Positions 26,658 to 36,458 of a DNA stretch of 64,000 nt are shown in pieces. This stretch comes from an uncultured virus (IMG/VR IMGVR_UViG_2508501054_000004). Taxonomy: Duplodnaviria > Heunggongvirae > Uroviricota > Caudoviricetes. The stretch lies in IMG/VR virus record IMGVR_UViG_2508501054_000004; one strand, written 5' to 3'. How positions within the stretch are numbered: the stretch's first letter is position 1; each line of letters opens with the position of its first letter. The translations under genes were made by a program, and so were the position numbers. The notes beneath the pieces are model-generated. The model was not told where the DNA came from. It saw nothing but the letters and a program-made list of their open reading frames with translations, and ran no database searches.

Positions 26658-27890
26658 ATGCCCCGCGCATTGGAGCTGGCTGCATCGCAGCCTTGGCTGA
26701 TGCTGCCTGACGCCCTGGATAACCTGCTGACCATTGCTGATCGCATGGGCGATCCGGGTGCGTTGGAGAGCAAAACCGGTATTCGGCTGGAGAACAGCCG
26801 CACGGTCAGCGTTCGCAACGGCGTCGCCATCATCCCGGTGGTCGGTCCGGTTTTTCGCTACGCCAATCTGTTTACCGAGATAAGTGGCGCGACCAGCACC
26901 CAGGTACTGGCCACCGACCTGCAGTCGGCACTGGATGACCCAAGCATCAAGTCCATCATCCTCAATATCGACAGCCCTGGCGGGGTGGCGGCGGGCATCA
27001 ACGAGCTGGCTGACCAGATCCATGCGGGACGCGCGCGCAAGCGCATTGTGGCCTACGTCGGTGGAACGGGGGCCAGCGCTGCTTACTGGCTGGCGTCTGC
27101 GGCCAGCGAGATTGTCATCGATGAGACGGCATTGCTCGGCAGCATCGGCGTTGTGGTGGAAGCCGTGGTCGAGGGGGAGGCTAGCAGCGGCCGCAAGCGC
27201 TACCAGATTGTCAGCCGCAACGCTCCCAACAAACGGCTCGACATGGCCACCGAAGAGGGGCGCGCCAAGGTCGGTGAAACCGTGGACGCAATGGGCGAGG
27301 TGTTTGTGGCTAAGGTCGCCCGCAACCTTGGTGTGGCATCCGACGCTGTTCCTGCAATGGGAGATTTTGGCGGCTTGCGGGTAGGTGTAGCAGCCGTTGA
27401 ATCGGGTCTTGCACACCGCCTGGGCTCGCTGGAAGGACTAATTACTGAACTGGCCAAACCGGCCGCGACACAACTGAGGACATTCACTATGACCACCGTC
27501 AACTCCACCGCTCAGCTGCGCGAAGCACTGGCCGCTGGTACCGACCCAAACACCATCGAAATTGCCCAGGCCAGCCAGTCCGAACTGGAGAGCGCACGTA
27601 CGCAAGCCAGCTCGCAGGCAGTCACCGCCGAGCGTGAACGGATCAAGGGCATCAACGGCTTGGCCAGCAAGGGGTTCGAGGCTGAGATCACGGCGGCCAT
27701 CGATTCCGGGGCCTCGGTCGAGGCAACCGCCTTGCAGTTGTTCAAGGCTGCCCAGGACCGTGGCATTTCGTTGAGCGCCATTAAGGCCGAAAGCACCCGT
27801 GCGTCGACTTCTACACCCGCCGATGGCAACGCTCAGGGTGAGCGCAAAGCCGTAGTCGGAGCCATTGTCGCGGGCGCTTCGCGTCGCTGA
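26658..27890 (+). CDS. S49 head maturation protease with C-terminal scaffold
   Basis: IDSPGG, ASAAYWLASAA, GSIGV; AERERIKGI tail. Confidence 0.92.
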   Translation: MPRALELAASQPWLMLPDALDNLLTIADRMGDPGALESKTGIRLENSRTVSVRNGVAIIPVVGPVFRYANLFTEISGATSTQVLATDLQSALDDPSIKSIILNIDSPGGVAAGINELADQIHAGRARKRIVAYVGGTGASAAYWLASAASEIVIDETALLGSIGVVVEAVVEGEASSGRKRYQIVSRNAPNKRLDMATEEGRAKVGETVDAMGEVFVAKVARNLGVASDAVPAMGDFGGLRVGVAAVESGLAHRLGSLEGLITELAKPAATQLRTFTMTTVNSTAQLREALAAGTDPNTIEIAQASQSELESARTQASSQAVTAERERIKGINGLASKGFEAEITAAIDSGASVEATALQLFKAAQDRGISLSAIKAESTRASTSTPADGNAQGERKAVVGAIVAGASRR

Positions 27891-27903
27891 TCAGGAGAAC
27901 ATC

Positions 27904-28254
27904 ATGAGTAATCCAACCCGTCAGACCTACGTCCCCAGTCATCTCTCCGCAGGTGCATTCCCTGTGGTGATTGAGACCGCAATCATTGCGGCAGGCCAGA
28001 AACTCAAGCGCGGCGCGGTGCTCGGTCAGGTCGAAGCCTCGGGCGAGTACGTGCTCAGCGCCGCCGTTGCCGACAACGGCTCTCAGGCACCCAAAGCTGT
28101 GCTCGACCAAGACGTAGACACCACCGGCGGTGCTTTTCCAGCATCAATCCTTCTCACCGGCGAGGTGCTGGGCTCTGAGCTCATGTTGGGCGAAGGCCTG
28201 TCACTCGCAAAAGCAAAAGCAGCCCTGCGGCCGCTGTGCCTGTTCATTCGTTAA
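27904..28254 (+). CDS. head decoration protein (gpD-like)
   Basis: GQKLKRGAVLG...DGSQ-type motif; between protease and capsid. Confidence 0.85.
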   Translation: MSNPTRQTYVPSHLSAGAFPVVIETAIIAAGQKLKRGAVLGQVEASGEYVLSAAVADNGSQAPKAVLDQDVDTTGGAFPASILLTGEVLGSELMLGEGLSLAKAKAALRPLCLFIR

Positions 28255-28266
28255 CCGGAGCTTCTG

Positions 28267-29295
28267 ATGGATATTTTTGACACCCGTACCATGCTTGAAG
28301 CCGTCGAGCAGATGCCCACGGCGCGACGGTTTCTCCTGAGCACGTTCTTCAATGGCGGCAGTCCCGTGACGTTCCCCACCAAAACGGTGGACATTGATAT
28401 CGTCAAAGGCCAGCGCAAAATGGCACCGTTTGTTCATCCGCGCCTGCCCGGCAGCATTTCGCTTCGTGACGGTTACCGGACTGACTCCTACGCGCCGCCG
28501 TACATCCAGCCCAAGCGTGAAACGACCGCTGAGCTGGTCCTCAAACGCTCGGCAGGGGACAACCCTTTCTCCAGCCGGTCGCCTTTGGAGCGGGCAGGCC
28601 AGATGCTGGGCAAGGATCTGCGCGATCTGGACGACGAGATCATTCGTCGCGAGGAGTGGATGTGTGCCCAGGCACTGACCACCGGCAAGGTGCGGGTGCT
28701 GGGCGACGGCGTTGATGACACGATCGACTTCCTGATGGCCAACGATCACAAGATCACGCTGGGCACCGGGCAGTGGGGCACCGACAACTCCGATCCGATT
28801 GGTAACCTGCGCACCTGGAAACGCAAGATTGCCAAAGACTCCGGCCGCACTGCCAACACTGCTGCGCTGAGCGGTGAGGCGCTTGATGCATTTCAGTCCA
28901 ACCTGACGGTCATCAAGCAACTGAACACTCGCCGCGTAGACATGGGCCTGATCAAGCCAGAAGAGCTGCCAGACGGCGTCACCTATCTGGGCTACCTGAA
29001 CGATCCGGGCGTCGACCTTTACGGTTATGACGAGTGGTACCTGGATGACGAGGGCGATGAGCAGCCCATGATCCCAGCAGGCGGTTTGATTCTGGGCGCG
29101 ACGTCCACGCGTAACGCCATGCTTTACGGTGCGATTCAGGATCTGGAAGCCATCGAGAGCGGGCTGGTCGAAGCGGCACGCTTCCCCAAGAGCTGGACGA
29201 CCCAGGAGCCGAGCGCCCGCTGGTTGAAGCTGCAGAGCGCGGCACTCGCCGGTTTGCTTGAGCCGGACGCATTCATCTACGCCAAGGTGGTGTGA
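28267..29295 (+). CDS. major capsid protein E
   Basis: RKMAPFVHP, PPYIQPK, IIRREEWMCAQAL. Confidence 0.93.
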   Translation: MDIFDTRTMLEAVEQMPTARRFLLSTFFNGGSPVTFPTKTVDIDIVKGQRKMAPFVHPRLPGSISLRDGYRTDSYAPPYIQPKRETTAELVLKRSAGDNPFSSRSPLERAGQMLGKDLRDLDDEIIRREEWMCAQALTTGKVRVLGDGVDDTIDFLMANDHKITLGTGQWGTDNSDPIGNLRTWKRKIAKDSGRTANTAALSGEALDAFQSNLTVIKQLNTRRVDMGLIKPEELPDGVTYLGYLNDPGVDLYGYDEWYLDDEGDEQPMIPAGGLILGATSTRNAMLYGAIQDLEAIESGLVEAARFPKSWTTQEPSARWLKLQSAALAGLLEPDAFIYAKVV

Positions 29296-29296
29296 G

Positions 29297-29518
29297 ATGG
29301 CCAAGAAGCCCGGCTATATCGTGGTGGATGGCTGCATTCAGGAGGGACGCAACGTCATCCTCAGAGGCAGCCCATACACTCCGGCCAGCAAAGAGATGGA
29401 GGATGCGCTGGTTGCAGAGGGGCGTATCGCCATGAGCACGGACCCTCGGGCGCAAGAGGCCCTCCAGTCCCAGGCAGCTAGCGGTGGCGATACTGACGAC
29501 GCCACTGACGGTGACTGA
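29297..29518 (+). CDS. small head-associated protein
   Basis: 73-aa ORF right after capsid gene. Confidence 0.6.
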   Translation: MAKKPGYIVVDGCIQEGRNVILRGSPYTPASKEMEDALVAEGRIAMSTDPRAQEALQSQAASGGDTDDATDGD

Positions 29519-29520
29519 TC

Positions 29521-29835
29521 ATGAGCTTTCGAGAACTGGCTGAGGACATGGACGCCCAGATTCTTGAATCTCTGGGCGATGTCGCAACCGTCGACGGACG
29601 CGATATCGCGGGGTTTCTTTCAATCCCGTGGCTGCAACCCAAGCTCGGACGCATCAACACCGGCATCAGGGAGCCGCACTTCGCGATACGTGTTCATGAT
29701 GCTACTGCGGTTGCGATTGGTCAGATCGTCTCCATCGACCTGCCTGAGCAGGACGGTGGCGGTCGGTATGACCTGGTCGGCCTGGAGCCTGACGGTACCG
29801 GCTGGGTATCTCTTATCCTGAGGCTTAAGCGATGA
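29521..29835 (+). CDS. head-tail joining protein
   Basis: EPDGTGWVSLIL C-terminal motif; synteny. Confidence 0.7.
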   Translation: MSFRELAEDMDAQILESLGDVATVDGRDIAGFLSIPWLQPKLGRINTGIREPHFAIRVHDATAVAIGQIVSIDLPEQDGGGRYDLVGLEPDGTGWVSLILRLKR

Positions 29836-30488
29836 GCATAGGCAGCTTCTACAAGCAGTCAGCCAAGGACGGCATGATCACCCTGCAGCCTTCTGCGGCT
29901 GACCTGGAAGCGTTCAAGGACTTTGCTGCAGCGGTTCCCAAAGCTGCGGCAGCGGCCCAGCGGCGAGCCATCAACAAGACGCTACGCTGGTTGCGCACGC
30001 ACATTGCCAGGGCAGTTGGGCGGCAAGAGCGCATCGCGGTCGCAGCCGTTCGGCAACGCCTCCGGGCCTACCCGGTCAGCGGTGGCGCGATGCGCGGCAA
30101 GCTTTGGTTTGGTCTGGATGCCATTTCTGCCAGTCGTATCGGCCGTGCGCGTCAGAGCCGTACCGGCGTATCCGTTGCCGGTCGCCGTTATCAGGGCGCG
30201 TTCTTCAAAACGGTTTACGGCGGCAGTCCCGATATCTGGATCCGCACCGCGAGCAAGCACTTCGACTCAGGTGCGTATGCGGAGACAAGACAAGGCAAAC
30301 GTCGCTCCGGCTTTATCGAAGAAAACGGCAGCCGCTTTCCATTGGCCAAAGCCAAGGTATCGCTTGAAGAGGCGAGGCCACATTTCGACAGCTGGGTGAA
30401 ACGTGCTGATGAGCGCCTGCTGGAGATCCTCAAGCAGGAGTTCAATTACGAACTGCAGAAGCACTTGAAAGGAACTGCCCGTGCCTGA
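29832..30488 (+). CDS. minor tail protein Z-like
   Basis: RRAINKTLRWL...LWFGLD...GAFF. Confidence 0.75.
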   Translation: MSIGSFYKQSAKDGMITLQPSAADLEAFKDFAAAVPKAAAAAQRRAINKTLRWLRTHIARAVGRQERIAVAAVRQRLRAYPVSGGAMRGKLWFGLDAISASRIGRARQSRTGVSVAGRRYQGAFFKTVYGGSPDIWIRTASKHFDSGAYAETRQGKRRSGFIEENGSRFPLAKAKVSLEEARPHFDSWVKRADERLLEILKQEFNYELQKHLKGTARA

Positions 30489-31008
30489 CCAAGCGTTCAG
30501 TCTTGATTCGCTTTACGAAGCGATGGAGCGACACATCAGTGCCGCGATAGTCGGGCTTGAGTACGTCGGCACCATGCCGGACATGCTTGAGCAGGTCGCT
30601 GTGCCAGCTGTGCTGATCGAACTGGTGGAACTGGAGCCAGGTGTTGATCAGGGCACCGGGGAAATGGCCTTGATTGCCCGGTTCGAAGCACGGGTCATCG
30701 TGGGGTCAGAGCGCGAGCAATGTCAGCAGCAGGCAGCCTTTGCAGCCTCGCAACTTGCTGTCCTGCTCAGGCTGCAAACCTGGGGGCTTGAAGTCGAGCC
30801 TTCCGAGTTTGTCCGGGCCGCGCAGGACTGGTCGCGTCCCGAGCTGGACGGCTACGCGGTCTGGGTCGTCGAGTGGACTCAGGGGATCTACCTCGGCGAG
30901 GAGGAATGGCCGTGGCCAAATGAGCCGCCCGGCACGCTGGTGTTCGCGTTCAGTCCCGACACCGGGCGTGACAACGAAAACCACTACCAATCGCCTGAGG
31001 ACATGTGA
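30481..31008 (+). CDS. tail completion/terminator-like protein
   Basis: synteny; [13 protein letters not shown] motif. Confidence 0.65.
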   Translation: MPDQAFSLDSLYEAMERHISAAIVGLEYVGTMPDMLEQVAVPAVLIELVELEPGVDQGTGEMALIARFEARVIVGSEREQCQQQAAFAASQLAVLLRLQTWGLEVEPSEFVRAAQDWSRPELDGYAVWVVEWTQGIYLGEEEWPWPNEPPGTLVFAFSPDTGRDNENHYQSPEDM

Positions 31009-31592
31009 TGAGTTTCGCGTTGGCTGAACATGACCGCATGCTGGCTGGTGTGGTGAAGGACTGCTACGTCGTAGCGCTGGACCTCACCGCTTCACCTCCG
31101 GTCTGTCGTGTTTCAGACGGAAACTGGGTGAGTGCCTGGGTGCGCTGGCACAGCGTTGCGGCGGGCAAGGCGCGACACTGGCGGGCACCGACCCTTGGTG
31201 AGCAGGGCACGTTGTTCAGTGCCAGCGGTGACGTGTCGCAGGGCACGTTCATTCCGGGGCTGTATGGCAATGCCGGTGCCCAGCCTGATAACCGCGACCA
31301 TGTCGAAGTCTGGCGCTTTGACGACGGCGGCTCCCTGATCTACGACTGGCAGGCCAACACTTACACAATTGATCTGCCCTCGGGAACGGTGGCTGTCACA
31401 GTCGGAGCCAGCTCGGCCGTTGTGACCGATGACTCTATCACTGCGACCGCCGGAACGATCACTGCCAAGGCAGCCACGATCACGCTGGATGGCAATGTCA
31501 CGATCAGCGGAACGCTCGCCGTAGTCGGTGATATCCATGGCGGCGGGCAGATTATCGACACGGGTGGCAACACCCCGAACCACAAGCACTGA
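31008..31592 (+). CDS. baseplate assembly protein V (spike)
   Basis: [26 protein letters not shown]-terminal HKH. Confidence 0.9.
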   Translation: MSFALAEHDRMLAGVVKDCYVVALDLTASPPVCRVSDGNWVSAWVRWHSVAAGKARHWRAPTLGEQGTLFSASGDVSQGTFIPGLYGNAGAQPDNRDHVEVWRFDDGGSLIYDWQANTYTIDLPSGTVAVTVGASSAVVTDDSITATAGTITAKAATITLDGNVTISGTLAVVGDIHGGGQIIDTGGNTPNHKH

Positions 31593-31596
31593 CCCG

Positions 31597-31617
31597 GCCC
31601 GCACTGCGGGCTTTTTA
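31597..31617 (+). terminator. intrinsic terminator
   Basis: GCCCGCA-C-TGCGGGC followed by TTTTT. Confidence 0.6.
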
Positions 31618-31634
31618 ATGTCTGGAGATATCTG

Positions 31635-31913
31635 ATGGCGACAGTAAAAATCGATAAGGCTTCTGGTGATCAACCAGCAGCACCAACAAGCCAGGTCACA
31701 CCCACGGCGATATCGGTTGCGGACGCCGTGTCTCCTCCCGCGCCCGCAGTAGCGGTGCGGATGTATCGAGACAATCTGTTCACCTCGCGCACGCTGATTC
31801 TGCCGGATGAACGCACGCTCGCCGTCGCCAAAGGGATCGTCACGGCGCAGGCAGATGACACCGTCGCGCTGGAGTATTTGCGTGCACACCCGGACCTTGA
31901 GCCGCTGGAGTAA
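31635..31913 (+). CDS. hypothetical tail-region protein
   Basis: 92-aa ORF with GGAG RBS between V and W. Confidence 0.65.
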   Translation: MATVKIDKASGDQPAAPTSQVTPTAISVADAVSPPAPAVAVRMYRDNLFTSRTLILPDERTLAVAKGIVTAQADDTVALEYLRAHPDLEPLE

Positions 31914-31916
31914 TTC

Positions 31917-32243
31917 ATGATCGGAATGGATCGCCGTACCGGTCAGCCCGTCTCCGGCCTGGCGCACCTGCGGCAGTCCATCGAAGACATCCTCACTACA
32001 CCTATTGGCAGCCGCCGCATGCTGCCAGAGTACGGCAGCAAGATCAGGCGATTCGTGGACTTGCCCGTCAATGATGGTTGGAAGAGCGCCGTGCAGGCCG
32101 AGGTAGCAAGATCGCTTTCACGCTGGGAGCCGCGCCTTCGCCTTGAGCGGGTGAGGGTGATCGCCGTTCTGAACGGACAGGTTACTTTGCAATTGACAGG
32201 CACCTACCTCGGTGACAACGCAGTATTGGAGGTAACGGCATGA
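31917..32243 (+). CDS. baseplate wedge protein W (gp25 family)
   Basis: HLRQSIEDILTTPIGSRRM.PEYGS, RWEPR. Confidence 0.92.
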   Translation: MIGMDRRTGQPVSGLAHLRQSIEDILTTPIGSRRMLPEYGSKIRRFVDLPVNDGWKSAVQAEVARSLSRWEPRLRLERVRVIAVLNGQVTLQLTGTYLGDNAVLEVTA

Positions 32244-33141
32244 GCCTGATCGAATTGTCGGCGCTGCCCGCGCCCCAGGTGCTCGAAGACCTGGACTTTG
32301 AAGAGGTCTATCAGGGAGAGCTGAGTGCATTTCGTCAGCACATGGGCGATAACTGGAGCGCCTTGCTGGAAAGTGATCCGGTAACAAAACTGCTTGAGCT
32401 GGGCGCTTATCGGCGGCTTCAGAATCGCGCCCGAGTCAACGATGCGGCCAAGGCTCTGCTGCTGGCGTATGCCCGAAAGGCGGATCTCGATCAGTTGGCG
32501 GCCAACGTTAATCTCAAGCGCCTGGAGATTCAGGCTGCAGATCTGAACGCCGTGCCGCCTACCGCTGCGGTCATGGAGGAAGATGACGCTTTACAGGAGC
32601 GTGTTCAGCTGGCCTATGAAGGTCTCACCACGGCGGGGCCTCGAAACAGTTACATCCTGCATGCTCGCAATGCGTCGGCGCTGGTGGCCGACGCAACCGC
32701 TGAGAGTCCCTCTCCAGCCGTGGTGGTCGTCACGGTGCTCGCGCTCGAAGGCAGCGGTGTGGCCAGTGCGGATCTGCTGGAGATCGTTCGGCTCAACCTC
32801 AGTGACGATGATGTGCGTCCCTTGGCGGATCGCCTGACAGTACAAAGCGCAGAGATCCTGCCCTACCGAATCAATGCGGTCGTTCATATGACGGGCAGTG
32901 GTCCTGAAACCGAGGCGACTCTGGCCGAATGCAAAAGCCGTCTGCAAGACTGGATCAATCCCCGAAGACGGCTGGGNNNNNNNNNNNNNNNNNNNNCCTT
33001 GAGGTTGCTCGTTCAGGCGTAGATGCGCAGTTGCACATCAGCGGTGTCAGCCGGGTTGATCTGCAGGGCTGGACCGATATCCGCCCGACGAAGGCGCAGG
33101 CAGCCTGGTGCGAAGCATTCACTGTGACGCGGGGGAGTTGA
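32240..33141 (+). CDS. baseplate J protein (interrupted by 20-nt gap)
   Basis: LESDPVTKLLE, TAGPRNSY, VRPLADRLTV; C-terminus HISGVSRV...QAAWC continues after gap. Confidence 0.9.
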
Positions 33142-33142
33142 G

Positions 33143-33748
33143 ATGACCAGCTTGCTCCCCCTCAATAGCACTCCGCTTGAGCGTGCCATTGAAGTTGCGA
33201 CGGATGAAGTGACCCAGATTCCACTGCGCACTTTGTACAACCCACAGACCTGTCCCGCGCACTTGCTCTACCACCTTGCGTGGGCCTGGTCTGTGGACCG
33301 TTGGGATGATGGATGGTCTGAGCCGGTAAAGCGTGCAGCCATTGCCGCTTCGTTCTTCATCCATGAACGCAAAGGGACGATTGGCGCTATACGCCGAGTG
33401 GTTGAACCGCTTGGCTACCTCATCGATGTCCTGGAATGGTGGCAGGCCGTACCTGAGGGCATCCCCGGTACTTTTGCCCTCAAGGTGGGTGTGCTGGACA
33501 CCGGCATCACCGAGGAGATGTATCAGGAACTGACGGCCCTGATCGATGACGCCAAACCTGTCAGCCGTCACATGCTGGAACTGGCCATCAGCCTTGAAAC
33601 GACCGGCCGTTTCTACATCGCCGCTTCGGTCTCTGAAGGCGACGAAATCGATGTTTACCCACCGGTACCGCGTGACATTGAAGTCACGGGGCATATGGGG
33701 CTGGGTGGGCGTGAAACCACTATCGATACTCTGGATGTCTTCGCATGA
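33143..33748 (+). CDS. phage tail protein I
   Basis: SLLPLNSTPLE, CPAHLL..LAWAWSVDRWD, KGTIGA. Confidence 0.92.
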   Translation: MTSLLPLNSTPLERAIEVATDEVTQIPLRTLYNPQTCPAHLLYHLAWAWSVDRWDDGWSEPVKRAAIAASFFIHERKGTIGAIRRVVEPLGYLIDVLEWWQAVPEGIPGTFALKVGVLDTGITEEMYQELTALIDDAKPVSRHMLELAISLETTGRFYIAASVSEGDEIDVYPPVPRDIEVTGHMGLGGRETTIDTLDVFA

Positions 33749-35814
33749 TCGATCAGACTTCGCAATTCTTTGCCACCCTGACCAATGTCGGTGCGGCAAA
33801 GCAGGCCAATGCCGATGCCCTCGGTGTGCCTTGGAAAATAGCTCAAATGGGTGTGGGTGATGCCAATGGTGCTGACCCGGTGCCAGATGCTTCACAGAAA
33901 AAACTGATCAACGAGCGCCGTCGTGCTCCGCTCAATCAGCTCAAGGTTGATCCGGCCAACAACGCGATCATTATCGCCGAGCAGGTTATCCCTGCTGAAG
34001 TCGGTGGCTTCTGGATTCGTGAAATTGGCTTGTACGATACGGATGGGGATCTGGTGGCGGTTGCGAACTGCGCGCCGTCGTACAAGCCGTCACTGGCACA
34101 AGGGTCTGGGCGCACGCAGATCGTGCGCATCAACCTGCTGGTCAGCAATACCAGCAATGTCGAGTTGCGCATTGACCCAACGGTTGTGCTGGCAACACGT
34201 TCCTTTGTGGATCTGCGGATTCAAGAAGAGCTTTCCAAACTCGACAATAAACAATCGGCTCGTGCTGCTACGACCGGCCCCATTGCCCTTGTTGGCATCC
34301 AGACGGTCGATGGCGTTGCGCTCGTTGCAGGCGACCGGGTGCTGGTGAAAAATCAGGCCAGCGGCAAAGACAATGGTCTGTACTCAGTCGTCGCGGGTAA
34401 TGCCTGGTTGCGCGTCGTTGACGCGGATGTAAGCGTGGAGGTGACACCTAACCTGATGGTCAGCGTCGAGCAGGGTGACACGTTGTTCGACACGCTTTGG
34501 CAGTTGACGACAAATGCGCCAATTACCTTGGGTACGACTGCGCTGGCGTTCGAGCAAGTGGCAGGTCCGACTGGCGTTTTACCCGGTACTTACAACCGGG
34601 TCACGGTAGACCGACGCGGCCTGGTGATGGCCGGTTTCAACCCGACCACCCTGGGCGGTTACGGTATCGCTGATGCTTACAGCAAGACGGACATTGATGC
34701 GCGGGTGGCGGCGTTGCAGCCCAAACTCGGGTTTGTTCCTGTGCAGCAGGGCACTGGCGCGGGCCAACTGAACAATCAGGTCAGGCTCGGCTGGTCGGGG
34801 AGCGCGCTAAAGGCTGCTGTTGATAATACTGATTTGGGCAACCTCTGGTATTCGGGCAACTTTGACCCGGCCACCAAGGCCAATGTGGGCAGCACGTTGT
34901 TTGCTTACGGCATCACCGATGCCTACACCAAGGCGGAGGTTGATCAGCGAGTTTCAGAGCGCGCTTTAAGGACAGAGGTGTATGCCAAGTCCGACGTCTA
35001 TACCAAGACTGAAACCGATGCACGTGACGCGCAACGGCCGCTTGCGGACAGCATCACGAACATCGGGCTTGCGGCCAATGACCCGACCCAGCCTTACATG
35101 CGGCGTGCCAGTGACAACACGACGTATTTTCTTCAGACGAGGCTTGGCTTTGTGCCTGTCCAGCAAGGTACCGGGGCAGGCCAGTTAAACAACCTGATCA
35201 AGATCGGATATACGTCCGCAGGTCAGGTTAAGTTGGCGGTCGATAACACCGACTTCGGGAATCTCTGGTATTCCGGCAACTTTGATCCGTCCAAAAAAGC
35301 GAACGTCGGTTCGACGTTGTTTGCATACGGAATTACCGATGCTTACACCAAGGCTGAGGTCGATGCGCGTGATGTTGAACGTGCTTTAAAGACCGAGGTT
35401 TATAGCAAGGGCGATGTCTACACAAAAGCAGAAACTGATACGCGCGTTGCAACACGGCCAGTAGCTGACTCAATCACGCATGTAGGCTTTGCGGGAGATA
35501 ATTCAGCAGCGCCCTACATGCGGCGCGCTGCCGACAGTGCAGTTTATTATCTGGTCAGCGACCTGAACCTCGGGGCAAAGGTTGCGGCGCAGGGGCTTAC
35601 CGGCATTGGGCAATACGCATTTGCGCGAGTCATTACCGCCTACGGAAATTCAATTAACCAGGGCACTTCAGTCCCCGGCTCTAACCTTATTTTCAGTTCC
35701 ACGGCTGTGGGTGATGGCACAAGCAGCAACTCCGGCGCTATCGCAATAGGTGTTTGGCGCGCCCATGGTGCTTTCAACAATACAGAGCGCACGCTCTTTC
35801 AACGAATCCAGTAG
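33745..35814 (+). CDS. tail fibre protein H with duplicated 139-aa module
   Basis: P2-H N-terminus (TLTNVG, VGGFWIREIGL); repeated LGFVPVQQGTG module. Confidence 0.9.
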   Translation: MIDQTSQFFATLTNVGAAKQANADALGVPWKIAQMGVGDANGADPVPDASQKKLINERRRAPLNQLKVDPANNAIIIAEQVIPAEVGGFWIREIGLYDTDGDLVAVANCAPSYKPSLAQGSGRTQIVRINLLVSNTSNVELRIDPTVVLATRSFVDLRIQEELSKLDNKQSARAATTGPIALVGIQTVDGVALVAGDRVLVKNQASGKDNGLYSVVAGNAWLRVVDADVSVEVTPNLMVSVEQGDTLFDTLWQLTTNAPITLGTTALAFEQVAGPTGVLPGTYNRVTVDRRGLVMAGFNPTTLGGYGIADAYSKTDIDARVAALQPKLGFVPVQQGTGAGQLNNQVRLGWSGSALKAAVDNTDLGNLWYSGNFDPATKANVGSTLFAYGITDAYTKAEVDQRVSERALRTEVYAKSDVYTKTETDARDAQRPLADSITNIGLAANDPTQPYMRRASDNTTYFLQTRLGFVPVQQGTGAGQLNNLIKIGYTSAGQVKLAVDNTDFGNLWYSGNFDPSKKANVGSTLFAYGITDAYTKAEVDARDVERALKTEVYSKGDVYTKAETDTRVATRPVADSITHVGFAGDNSAAPYMRRAADSAVYYLVSDLNLGAKVAAQGLTGIGQYAFARVITAYGNSINQGTSVPGSNLIFSSTAVGDGTSSNSGAIAIGVWRAHGAFNNTERTLFQRIQ

Positions 35815-35822
35815 GTCTAAAT

Positions 35823-36365
35823 ATGTCCAATGTATTAAATGCCCGCAATCCGTACTGGTCTTCTCAGGCTCGCGCTACCATCGAATTGATGGTGGTTTTC
35901 GAGGGGCTGGAGGAAACACATGGAGAGTTACCGTTCACGGCTTCTCCCCACGACCCAGAACCCCACGGTGTAGAGCTGTACGAACGAGCCTTGGCGGGTG
36001 AGTTTGGCCCGGTTCAAGACACGCCGATTGAGCTGGTGCGTGTGCAGGTCATGTGCGCTCGTGGCGACCGTTCGGCTGCAGCCACTGCCCGTATTGATGA
36101 GCTGGTCAATCAGTACGAGGAGTTGCAGGACGCCGTGTCACTGGATATGGCGACCGACGACCAGCGCAAAGCGCTGCCCGCTGTCAGGGCTGAGATTGAT
36201 GCGTATCGTCTGTATCGCGTGCAGCTCGGCCAGCTCGATACGAAGCCTGGCTACCCGCTGGACTTTGAATGGCCTACGCCGCCTGCGAATCCGTTCGTGT
36301 ACGAGCCGCCCGAGCCGGAAGCTCCTGCGCAGGACGTCAGCGACGACGATCAGCAAAGCACCTAA
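35823..36365 (+). CDS. tail fibre assembly chaperone
   Basis: LPFTASPHDPEPHG..LYERAL.GEFG; YRVQL...WPTPP. Confidence 0.8.
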   Translation: MSNVLNARNPYWSSQARATIELMVVFEGLEETHGELPFTASPHDPEPHGVELYERALAGEFGPVQDTPIELVRVQVMCARGDRSAAATARIDELVNQYEELQDAVSLDMATDDQRKALPAVRAEIDAYRLYRVQLGQLDTKPGYPLDFEWPTPPANPFVYEPPEPEAPAQDVSDDDQQST

Positions 36366-36440
36366 CGCCCCGCACTGACGGGGCGTTTTCTTACCCGCTA
36401 TTCGCATTCCACCAATAACCCCGCTGATCGGGGTTTTTTC
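36364..36440 (+). terminator. two tandem intrinsic terminator-like hairpins
   Basis: AACGCCCCG..CGGGGCGTTTT and AACCCCG..CGGGGTTTTTT. Confidence 0.65.
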
Positions 36441-36458
36441 GTTTCTGGAGATCGTCTT

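Noticed and set aside
32977..33022. frameshifted baseplate J pseudogene
   Set aside because: The frame change coincides with a 20-nt N gap of estimated length; both halves look intact
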